A stretch of 64,000 nucleotides of DNA, taken from NCBI GenBank assembly GCA_015680685.1, contig MNCI01002242.1:377205-441204 (forward strand). Direction: 5' to 3'. The notes beneath the pieces were generated by a model. It had not been told where the DNA came from, did not search any database, and saw only the letters and a list, made by a program, of their open reading frames with translations. Position 1 is the stretch's first letter, and each line of letters starts with the position of its first letter. The translations under genes were made by a program, and so were the position numbers. This document shows positions 50,901 through 62,371 of the stretch, one piece after another. The DNA is from Gnetum montanum. Lineage: Eukaryota; Plantae; Gnetophyta.

Positions 50901-53900
50901 TTTTTTTGAGAAATGGTCGAGATTTATTAAAAACTGCCAAATATGTACAAAGTAGCCTAGAAGGGCCAGCAGCAATCAGAAAACACTGAAAAACCTAGCA
51001 GTTCCTAACACCCAAGAACCCAGTCCCTTCCAAACCCTAGGACCCCAAAATGATCCGCACCAAAAAAGAGGCAGAATCCCTTATCCCAAGATTCAAACTC
51101 TTAGTCATAAAAGTCAGTTGACAACCCAATAACAGATGCCAGATAGCCTCATCCACCCCAAACCCGTGAACATCAAGAGCCTTTTTAGGAGGCCCATGCA
51201 TTTGCAATTCTTGCATTCCTAACAATGATAGTTCTGTAGGTGCCCCCCATGTCCCTTTGCACCCACAAGGCCATGGCCTCTTAAAAAGGGCCTACCCTCT
51301 ATGGCTTTCCTAGCTCACTCCACCTTGTCCCCTTGCCTGTCCAACCCAAGTACATGTGTTAGTAGCGAGAGCGCTATCTAGCTATAGTTGGAGCAAAGCA
51401 ACCTCAAAAAAATCCCTTTCTTGCATCCGTTTGGTCTCTTGCTCCCTTGCTAACTGCTGCTGCTCCTCCTGCTCCATGTCCTCCCGTATTTGTATTCGTA
51501 ATTTGTTGATAAGCAATGTCCTGGCTGATTCTTCTTGTATCTGTCGACGCTTGCTAATTTACTCTTCCAGCTTAGCCTGTTATAGTGTAGCTAGGGTAGT
51601 AACCTGCTTCAAATCTTCATCCTGTGCAGTCCATCTAGCCTCCCAGAGGGCTCGCTCCTCCACCTTAGTGTGCGTGACAACCTCTTCCATAGCCTTCTGA
51701 ATTTGGGTTTGAAGCTTAGCTTGAGAGTAAGCTATTGTTTCTTGCTCTTGTCCCTTGGAGTTAATTTGCCCTTGTTGTGCCACATCCGTCGGCAACCCGG
51801 CCATCTCCCATGCCGACTCCCACCAAAGCATCGGGTTAGGCATCCACGTTGCCCCCAACCTTGATGTGGAGCTCAACGTCCCAGAACGATTTAGTCTTCT
51901 AGTATATACAAACTTGGGTTCTGACCTCGGCACACATGGTAGCAATGGCATCTTGGTCCTTCACAAGGCCAGAATAAGATTAGAGTGGTGCCCATTACGC
52001 TTTCGTCAAAGCTCCGCAAGAAAGTACCAAGGTAGATTAACCAAATAACCATGCTGCATACAACTCATAAAAGCAAAATGGATGCCTAGCAGCTTAGCTG
52101 ATTTGTCAGAATGGATTAGGAATCTTTCAATTAGCCCCATTGCCTTTTGCCAAATTTGTGGCAACGTGGACTTCGGCACATGTTTGCTTGTCGTTTTCAG
52201 TATTGCCCATCTGAAAAAGCATTTTGCATGTTCAAGAGTGTGCAAGATGGGGGGAATAATTTCTCCCTTTGCAGGGACCCCTAAGGACATTACCAATGTT
52301 GGCTTTGTGAGCATAATCTTCATGCCTTGAAATGTCGTCTCCTCTCCCACCCAATTGGTAAAGAAAGAGCTATCAACTAGCTTGGGGTCGCCTTCAAGCT
52401 TGGGCATAAGCTCAACCCATTCTATATGCTCCACCATCTAATACAGTGGCTTATTTGCCTAGAATGTGGCAGCAAAGGGCTCAAATAGGTGCACCAGGTC
52501 CATATTAACTGAAGTCTCCCACCACAATCAGGCCCTAGTTGTAGCAACCAGCATTGGCGGAGGAAGGTGTTGGGCCCTGAAAATTAAATTATTTCTTGTT
52601 TTCCATAAAAGCCACAACATTACAACTGCTTTTGAATCACCATTTAGGTTGATTGATGATGATATCCCGACCACTTGCCAAGTGTCCCGTGAATAGGGCA
52701 TGATTTACCGTTTTGGGCACATTCAGACAAATTGGCAGAGAGGATTAATGCCTAACCTTGCACTCTGAGAACAATTTGCATCGAGAGCGTGGTCTGCTTA
52801 ATGAGCCAAAGGAAAACTTTCATCTTTTCAGGCAACCTACCCTTCCAGATGGTCTTCCATCCAAGAGTTGTGGGATACTTCACAGTAACAATATCTATGG
52901 GAGGTTTTCCCAAGAGTCTTTTTTTTTTTTTGAAATAATTTTGGGCGTGAAAATAAATTAAACAGAGTATGTACAACATTTGAACTTCAAAAAGAGGGAG
53001 AGAGAATCTCCCCTTATCCCAAAATGGGGAATGATTCCACACCACACCCCCCCACACACGCCGCCGCCCAACACCCACCCGCCCCCCCCACAAATCCCCT
53101 CCAGGGATTCAGGACAAAAATGCTAGTACCAAGAACTAACAAAAACCAAACTTAAACTAGACAAAGTCTAGACCAAAAGCTCCCACTCTAATCCAAACAA
53201 ACAAAAGCAACAAACACCTAAAGATGTAACAGCAGCATCGAACATCTGTAGTAGTGCCTCTCCTAGCAATGCCTGGTAGGAGCCCTAGTACTTGATAAAT
53301 CCTTCTCTTTACTTGATTGTTACTAACCTAGACCCGATCAATCCATGACAACACCCAATCTTTGCCTTGACGCTAATTGCTCCATATGACTTTGTAGTCC
53401 TCAATATCCATATTGATGAGCTCATGTTCCTTGAGGAATGCCTGGAACTCTTGACATCTTGGAGGATCCACATTGTCACCTTTGGACTTCTTCCATGGAT
53501 ACAACTTTTGATTGAAATCTCCGATTAGAACCCATTGTCTCTGATTGGGGACCACTTGCACCAACCATATGAGCTATTGTAAATGAATCTCCCAATTCTA
53601 GGCTTCATAAACATTAGTGAGCCAGATACCTTTTGGCACAACAAGGTCTATAATGCTCCAAGTGGATGCTTTGGCTAAAGTGATAGGCAATTGGGCAAGA
53701 ATGGCTAGCCCCCTTGCCCTACTCTAGCAAGGAACCATCTGTGTTTTCTAGCCCTCCGACTTCAAGATATGAGATTCCGTTTATTGCAGTTTTCTTTCCT
53801 ACAAGCATACCACATCACATCCTTCATTCCAAATAATTTCTTTCAAGGTATTTTGTTCATAGGGCATATCCTGACCCCTAAAATTCCATGACAAAATCTT

Positions 53901-55323
53901 CATGGTATATTGGACGATTGTTCTTTGTAGACCTCTTTCTAGGTCTATTGACATCCCAAATCAAGTTCTAACTGCATTTTCTTACTTTTGGCAACTAGTG
54001 TGTTGGGGCAACTAGTTTTCTTGATACTTGGTGAGACCAGAAATGCTCCCATCAGAATTTTTGTATTTTCCTTGTGTGTTAGTACAATCTCCTGCATTTG
54101 GGGTTTCAATGATCCCCATATGGTAGATACCCAACTCCCCAATGGTGGGAGCTCACCACCACCATTCATCTTGGTGGCCTATAGTGCTGCAGGCATACTA
54201 CCATGGCCCTTTTTTGGGGGCTAGGGTTGAGTTACCGTCCACCAAGTCTAGCTTTGATCAGCGGGGGGTTGCCTTTTTCTTAGAGACTCACACCCTGCTT
54301 CCCTATATTCTCTAGATCTTGTGGGCTCTGGGATGAGGTGGCCTTTCTTGCCAACCTTATACCAACCCAATTCCACCTTTTTTTGGTTGCTAAGCCTTGG
54401 ATTGGACCTTGCAAGCAGCAGGCAGGTGACCTGCCTTTTCGTAGATGGTACACTTGCCGCCTATACTCTGTGCAGAAATTTTGGTATAATCAATGTTCTC
54501 ATATTCTATTCAAATCCTTTCCTTGCCTAAGGGAAGATCCAGGATCACTTCATGCACTAAGTCTTTTGATGAAAGTGACCACCATATGTAGAAACGTGCG
54601 AACCCCATTTGCTCTATTGAGCTCGTGAACTTGTCAAATGTGATAAACTTGCCAAAGAACCCTGCAAAGGTTTCCAAAATTCATTTGTCCACATTTCCCA
54701 GGGGAAGCTAGATGCCTTGACCCACACAGGTGCCCTGGTGAAAAGGTCTTTGTCCTTGTGGGCCCTCGGCCTCCATGGAATCAATGCCAACCCATGAGCT
54801 CCATAGAACCACAATCCTTCCCACAAGGATTCTATCACGGTCCTTGGTGGACGAAAAAATGAAAAGCAACAAGTCCTTAGAGGTTGTGGACCTCAACGTC
54901 AATCAAACCACACGTAGTTTGAGCCCATTTCTCTACTAAGTCCATCCTAGGTTTGGCCCTGCTTGACACAAATTTTCCCATCAGGCTCAGCTCCATTGTC
55001 CTAACTCGATTAGAGGGAGGACACCACACTTGGAGCCGCATAAGACCTTCCTGCCTAGAATAGGCCTTGATGCCTCCATCCCCTAGTTGTCAGCCCCCAC
55101 TTTGTTGCCAAATGTCGGGCTTTCCTCTGTCTCCTCCACTGCGAGACCATCCATAGTATCCCTCAATGGGCTCTCTCTGAGACGTGTCCCACTGGTGTCG
55201 GCCCTTCCCACATCCGTGCCTGCATCTGCCTCCATTCTTGCATTCCTGATCATGCTTGCTCTTGCACCTCTGATTGTACCGAATCCTGCACTTGCTCCTG
55301 CTCCCATTTCAAAATATCAGTCC
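50901..55323 (-). mobile_element. LINE copy 2 (L1-type): ORF1, APE endonuclease start, RT missing, zf-RVT, 3' extra domain + coiled coil, poly(A)
   Basis: ORF1 LLLFIFSS...APVWVKASSFPWEMW at about 54400-55300; APE MKILSWNFRG (ATG near 53903) and WVLIGDFNQ; WKTIWKGRLPEKMKVFLWL; T run at 50901; TSD ATCTAATAT(A/G)CA at 50888-50899 and 55324-55335. Confidence 0.85.
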
Positions 55324-55347
55324 ATCTAATATGCATTTTTACTTCAA

Positions 55348-55557
55348 GGTGATTTTCTAAAGAAGTTTCAAGGCAAAATTTTTGCCATCGACATATCTTT
55401 GGACCTTATTCTGCTACTTAAACTCCAACAATGGTATTAGAAAATTACTTTGAAGAAATTTTATAATACCATTGTTAGAGTTTGAGTTGTAGAATAAGGT
55501 CCCCAAGATACATTGATGGCAAAAATTTTACCTTGAAGCTCCTTCAGAAAATTGACC
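55348..55557. repeat. fold-back inverted repeat, about 100-bp arms, short loop
   Basis: 55348-55445 pairs with the reverse complement of 55457-55557, with scattered mismatches. Confidence 0.9.
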
Positions 55558-55963
55558 ACAGGCTAGACCACGAGTTCTAGGCAGGTCAATCCACCATGGG
55601 TCATGGTGAACAACAAATAGAGAAAAAATTAACTTTGAGGATACAATGGGTCATGGTCTAAGACCATGAGGTTGCAATGAATCATGGTTGATACAAAAAT
55701 GTTGCTATGAATTACTAAGGTTGAAATGGAGGTTGTGGTGGTTTAAAAGGCAGACCATGAGTTGACCATAGGTCGTGGTTTGTAGAAAACAAATAACCAC
55801 GAGCTAATCATGGGGCATGGTCTATAGAAAAGAAAGAACCATGAGCTGACTACAGGTTGTGGTCAAAATGCAGGTGACCATGAGTCGTGGTCTTGGAGGT
55901 AGGCCATCCATGAGTCATGCTCTGACTAAAATTGCAAACTGAGATCACCACAAGTCATGGTGA
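55555..55963. repeat. array of GACCAYGAG / GTCRTGGT motifs, resuming at 58224-58260 after LINE copy 3
   Basis: More than a dozen copies in both orientations, e.g. GACCATGAGTCGTGGTC at 55876-55892. Confidence 0.75.
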
Positions 55964-58223
55964 AACCCACTTGGTCAACTGGGAACAGGTTGTGTGGCCT
56001 CGTAACGTGGGGGGGCTAGGCATCACGTCGTTCGAGGACGAGCTGATGCTTGGGCAACAACGGTTGATGCTTCGTTTCACGCGCTCACCTGGGGAGCCGA
56101 TCTAGTGGATCCGTGTCATGAATGCGAAGTATCGACGTTGGGAGGCGGGGGCGTGCGATTCTAGGCCTTGGCAGGCGCTCTGCCGCCACGCGCGTGTGAT
56201 GCAGACAATGGGGTGGTTGGAACTCGAGCTATGTCGGTTGCTGGCGGCCAGGTACCCACAAGTGGCAGGCTGGCAGTAGATTTGGTAGGGGTGGCTCCCT
56301 GAGAAGATCAAGATCTTCCTTTGGTTAATGCGATAGGACGTGCTGCCAGTTCGTGCATTTCTGTGCAGATGCGGCCTCGTTCAGGACGACACTTGTCCCC
56401 GGTGCAGCGTTGAGCCCGAGACAGTCCGACACTTCATTCTTGATTGTGCCTACATGTGCACCATGTGGCATGCGGCGGGGGGGACCCCCCTGATGCGCCT
56501 CACCGATGATTCTTGGGCCACACTACTTTTATGGGTAGCGTGGAAAGCAAAAAACTGCACTGTTTTTCACTAGGTCAGGCTGTGCCCCCCCCACGGTTGG
56601 TTTCCCAAGCTCTTTGCGCGTGGAACAAAATCAAGGCGGCGATGGGAGTCACATCGACTTTCGAACTTGACTGCGCCGCGTTCCAAGCGGACGAAGGACT
56701 TTGGCAGATGGTGGAACAGTGTGGCTGGTGTGACCCTTTGCAGCGGCTGGTCGAGGACCCAGATCTTGTAGATGATGCGTTCTTCGCTAACTGGCACAAC
56801 GACTGGACCTACTTTCGAGGGCGTGAGGTTCCCATCATGGAATCCTCAATCGCCAGTTGTCTGGGGGCCCAGGCCACGGACGAGGTCATCTTACCTTCCA
56901 CACGTGGTTTGCAGGATGCGAAATTATTTTTTGAAGGGTCGGTGCCACGCACGCAAAGCCGACAGGTGCCCAGATCCGCTTTGCCCTGAATCTGGGCCTG
57001 AGCGGCAGATCTTGTGGATAGATTTTTTGTCCAGTCTGGCAACGGATCTAAGCTCCAGGGCATCCACTTTGCCTTTCTCTGTTGCCTGAAATTTGGGTGC
57101 TAGGTTAACTTATCCCAATTTTTCCTGGTGGCCCTTCAACTTCAGCGACGTGGCCGTCATTCGGGGTTAATTTTGGCCTTGTGGCGGGGGGCAGAGGGGG
57201 AGAAAAACCCCTCGACTTCGCAGGGTGCCCCCCCGCGGGGGGCTCCCCCTTTTGGACCTGCAGCTTTGGTTAGGCGGGGGAACCTCTGGACCCTCTCGGC
57301 AATGACCTACACAAGGAAGCAGCGTAGCCTGCGGGAATGGCGCCCCCTACCAATCTCGTTGGGCCGGAGTCGCCCCCGTCGGAGACTTTCGGGTGTAGCG
57401 TGAATTGGGACGAGGAGTTGTGGCAAGCCACTTAGAGGGCCGCAATCGAGGCGCGTGAGGTTGAACGACGGGAATGGGAGGCAAAATGGTAGGAAGCCCT
57501 TGCGCAAGCACGGGCTAACTTGGAGGCCCAGTTTCACGAACGGGAACAGGAGAGGGTGAGACAGCAAAACCTCATGGCCGATGTAGCCTGGGCCCGGTTG
57601 GCGGATGAGATCCAGGCCCAAGTGAGGGAAGAGCTGCTGCAGGAGGAAGATGCCCAAAGGGAGCGCGAGGAGGCTGCACGGGTGGACCAGGAATGTGAGC
57701 AAGAGGAGGAGGAGCAACGATAGCGATAGCTCGATCGGGCACACGAGCACAGTGCTCGGTAGTGGCTTAGAGGGGGGCGGTGCTCATACCTCATCTTGGG
57801 CATCAACTGTAACAGCTCCTGGAGTGAGCTCAGGCGCCACATCCGCCGGACCTCGGCGTGCTTCCATCTTGATGGGGGAACTTCGATGGTTGACCGGAAC
57901 AGGTGGGAGTCGGCCATGCAAGGTATCCAGCAGGCCGCTAGTTTTGTGGACACAGAGGACCACTAGAACACGCTTGATATCCTCCACAAGTTGGAGCGCC
58001 CACATTGTGCTTGCCATCGGCTGCCGACGAACCCCTAGCTGAGACGGGGCTTCAGCCCATAGGAGTTGNAAACTAATGTGGTTTCGGAATTGTTGGTCTT
58101 GGGGCTTTTTCCCAACCCCCCGTGTGGGCCATTGCTGATGACCTGCGGGTTGTAATTTCCTGTACTATATTTCTTCAGTAATATACTCTTGACTATTTCC
58201 TCAAAAAAAAAGAAAAGAAAAAA
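55964..58223 (+). mobile_element. LINE copy 3 (5'-truncated L1-type ORF2 C-terminus with extra domain, coiled coil and J-domain)
   Basis: HLVNWEQVVWPRNVGGLGI; zf-RVT LPEKIKIFLWL...CPRCSVEPETVRHFILDC; WVAWKAKN; A-rich tail 58203-58225; perfect 12-bp TSD AAGTCATGGTGA (55952-55963 and 58224-58235). Confidence 0.93.
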
Positions 58224-58266
58224 AAGTCATGGTGAGGTTGTGGCTTGGTCGTGGTCTGATCAGAAA

Positions 58267-59174
58267 TGTTAGAAATGTGCAGAATGAAGAACTTCAAGCC
58301 TACTTTGGGCACAAGATCAAAGACCAACATTTCTACAAATTTCCAGATTCATTTATATTTCTCCAAAACATCAATATTCAGCCTTAGATTGCATCAAAAC
58401 ACTTAGAATCAGTAGATATCATTAAACTTACTTCAAATCGTTAAAAATTGGTAAAACCAAGAATTAGATAAATTGAGAGTTTAAATTGTGAAAAGAGCAA
58501 CTGAGAGAATGTGAAATTGATTGCAAGAATGCAGATCAACTTGTGAACAAGAACTTGTAGAAGAATGAGAGCCAAATGTGAGATTGAGAGCTATGAATGA
58601 GAGAATATGAGCAACATGAGAGAATTGAGAGCTTGTGAAGGGTTCAATGAAAGCAACTTATTGAGAGAATGAGAGAAATGAAGAGCAAAATGTCCCTGAG
58701 GACTTTAGCACAATGAAATTAGCAAAAACACACTTAAAACTAGCAGAATGTAGATGCCTCTCTCTTGAATTCAAGCAAAGGAGCACATATTTTTACAATG
58801 TGAGGAAGTGAGCACTGAAGAGGCCACTACTTAACTCACTAATGTGGTTCATCAATGAGCACACCACATTCTTCTATCCTTAATGCCCATAAACCAACAA
58901 AGAGACTGATGTGGCTCATCAAAACGCATCGCCATCTTCTTCCTATGAATGACATGACACCAAAGAAATAAAGAGATTCAACAACCCACTACTTTGTGCA
59001 CATACACATGAGTGCACCTTATTTTCTAATGTATAGTTTTTAATGCACATGGCTCACAAACCTCCTAACCATCTAGACCACATGAGAAACATGACACAAC
59101 CTTCAAACAAAAAACTCTAATCAAACAACCAAAACTAAAACATGGAACACATAGCACCCTACCCAATTTTAACA
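58267..59174 (-). repeat. 3' LTR of the copia element
   Basis: TGTTA...TAACA termini, directly after the purine tract AAAAGAAGGAT on the minus strand. Confidence 0.8.
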
Positions 59175-61813
59175 ATCCTTCTTTTAGGGTGCAATGTGTG
59201 GAGTAGTCTTCACCTTCAATCATGCCAATGATCTTCAATAAGTAGCCAATTCTGAAACCTTGAAGAGACTTGGTGAATAAATCGGCAACTTGATCATGTG
59301 TGGAGATGTGCCTGAGCAAGATGTTTCTGCCCTTCACTTTAGCCTTGAAGAAGTAGTATTTGATGTCTATATGCTTGGGTCTCTTGTGCATGATTTGCTC
59401 CTTGGAGAGTTGAATTGTTGCTGTGTTGTCAATGAAAATCTCAATGCACAAGATGACATGAAATCCTAATTGTGTCAGCAACCTCCCCAACCAAAGAAGG
59501 TGTTGAACGCAGTCAACCATGGCCATGAATTCTGCTTCACATGTTGAGAGACTAACTGATGTTTGCTTCTTACTTTTACAATCTATTGGATTGGTTCCAC
59601 GAAATATTATGTTGCCACTTGGTGATTTTCTTTCTTCTTCATCTCCTCCCCAATCAGCATCACTATAAGCATAAAACTTCCCATCACCTTCTACAAATTT
59701 GATGGAGTAGTTAAGGGTGGCCTTCACATACCTCAACATGTCTCAAGGCATGCATGTGGATTCGCCTTGGCTCTTGCATGAATCTTGACAAATAGGAGGT
59801 TCTGAACCCTAGATCAGGCCTTGAGTGACAAAGGAATCTCAAGGACCCAATCCTCCCTCTATAAAGAGAGGCCTCAACAAAGGGAAAATCATTGTTTCTT
59901 TCGAGTTTATGATGAGTGAGAGGAGTGGATGCTGCCCTTGCATCCTTCAAGCCATAATTTTTAACTATGGCTTCAGCAAATTTACATTGATGCATTTTGA
60001 CGCATCCTTCCACTTGATCTACTTGTATGCCTAAGAAATATTTTAGGACCCCAAGGTCCTTCATCTCAAACTCATTTTTAATGTCCTTCCTAAAGTTTGA
60101 AATCAATTTTTTAGAACTTGATAGGAAGACTACATCATCAACATAAAGAGAAATAATGATTACACAACATCAACATGCTTGAATAGAGAGCAGGCTCAAA
60201 CATAAAAGCGTTGTAGCCATTGCTGAGGAAAAAAATGATTGATCCTATGGAACCAAGCTCTTGCTGATTGCTTGAGACTATAGAGAGCTTTGTGCAACTT
60301 GCAAACTTTACCTTCATGGCTTTGAACTTCAAATCTTTTAGGCTGAGAAATGTAAACCTCCTCTTCAAGTGTGCCATTTAAAAAGGCTAAGTTAGCATCC
60401 ATTTGATATAATTTTAGATTTAGATGGGTAGCCATGGAAATAATCAATTTTATAGTCTCAAACCTAGCAACCAAGGAGAAAATCTCTTCATAATCAATAT
60501 GGTTTCTTTACTTAAACCTTCCTTGCAACCAGCCTTGCCTTATGTGTGATTATATTGCCTTCTTCATCATATTTAGTCTTAAACACCCACTTAGTATCTA
60601 TTACTTTCTTTTCTTTAGGCTTATCCACTAGAGGCCATGTTCTTAACGACGACATCATATTCCTTTTGCATCACATTTTTCCATGATCTTGTAGGGCTTC
60701 CTTGACATTTGAAGGCTCATGGTGAAGTGCTACATAAGCTACGTTGGCTGTAGCTCAACTCCTTGTGAATTTTCTTCTAAAATTGTTGTCCAACATTTAT
60801 GATGGAGGATGATCTCTTTCTATTCTTGGAGTTGGCATTGGCTGCTGTTCCTCTTGAATCCTCTCTTGGACTTTGTCTTCTTGGCTGTAGAAAGAGTCAA
60901 ACCCTAATGTTTGCTCATAAAAAATTACAGTTCTTGAAGAATACCGTTTCTTTTCAAGTGGGTCAAAACATTTGTACCTATTAGACTTGGCATCATACCC
61001 AAAAAAGACACTTCCTACCTTTGTCATCCAATTTTCCCACAAGCGCATTTGTGATCTTTACATAGCAAACACAACTAAAGGCTCTAAAGTGAGATAGATT
61101 GGAAATTTTCCCATACAACATTTCAGAAAAACTTTTCACACTATTTGGGGAAGTGATCAACCTATCTAAGATGTAGGTGGACATAAACACAACCTCCTTT
61201 AATGAAACACTGGTGATGTGAGCATGTTTCAAAAGACACCTACTCATGTTTTGCATTACATGATTTTTGTTCTCAGCAACACCATTGCTTTGACGTGCAT
61301 AGTCACATGTTGTTTGTTTAGATATTTCATGTTGTTCACAACATGTATCAAAATCAGTATGAACAAACTCACCCCCTCTATCACTTCTTATGGTCTTGAT
61401 TTTGCAGCCAAGCCTATTCTATCATCTTGTACAACACATTTTTCTAACATATTTATAGCCAATTGATGGGACCATAATGGTATATTCCCTCTCCATATGA
61501 CCGACCATATTGAACCGAAAGAGTTTCATACACGCATGTTAGCATAACTAGTTGATATAGATAAAGGAAGTGTATGTCCAAGTATATCTTGAGATTTCAT
61601 CAATTATTGCAACAAAGTCTTTACCTCCACCACGTGTAATAGTAGGCATTGGGCCTACAATATTCATCTGCAACAACTCCAATGGCTTTGTTCTCCTTTC
61701 AATGTGGTTGGAATGTGTCGAGCCTTTTGCTTCCTAAACATGCATGTATCACACACATTTGGGGCACCTTTGGAAATTTCATCCCAATGGCAGCTTGATT
61801 CTTCGTGATTTTT

Positions 61814-62371
61814 TGAAGGTTGGAGTAGGAGGGTGTTATTATTAGTGTCCAATGCAAGTACCAAGCATGACGACAAGGAGAAATAGTTATACATCATTTT
61901 ATCATTTCTAAAAAAATAAAAAATGTATTTTCTTTATTTTATGAATTTATGGGCGGATGTACTTTTATTTTGCCCTAATTCATCATGATATTTCATATTT
62001 TAGTAAATTTTTCATTAGGTAATGACTCTTTAATACCCCATAGTATGGTCCCAATCACTTTTCTATAAATTCCAAGGCCATATCATTATGTAATCAATTG
62101 CTTTTGATGCAATAAAGATTGGGTTTGAATTTGCTCATGCTCTCATTCATTTTTCAACTGTTTATCTCCCCTCAAGTTTGAATTTTCAGTTACTTTCTAG
62201 CATTTTTATCTCCTAATCTACTCTCTATGAACTTCAAGTTTCTCAATTTAGTTTGGTTCTCTATATAGTCTCCAAATTTTATTCTATCCATTAGCATCAT
62301 TAGGATTTGATATACAATATCATGTCTCCAATTCAGTTCATCAATCTCAGAAGTTAAACCGTCATCCTTCA
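61814..62371 (+). mobile_element. probable solo LTR inserted in the copia GAG-pre-integrase region
   Basis: 558-bp non-coding insert splitting LWHWRLGHVYVG from KITKNQ...VCDTC; inverted termini TGAAGG...CCTTCA; internal CTATAAAT and AATAAA; no TSD. Confidence 0.6.

Noticed and set aside
55555-55963. Repeat array as a possible CRISPR-like locus
   Set aside because: Irregular spacing, both orientations, short degenerate motifs, eukaryotic TE context and no cas genes.
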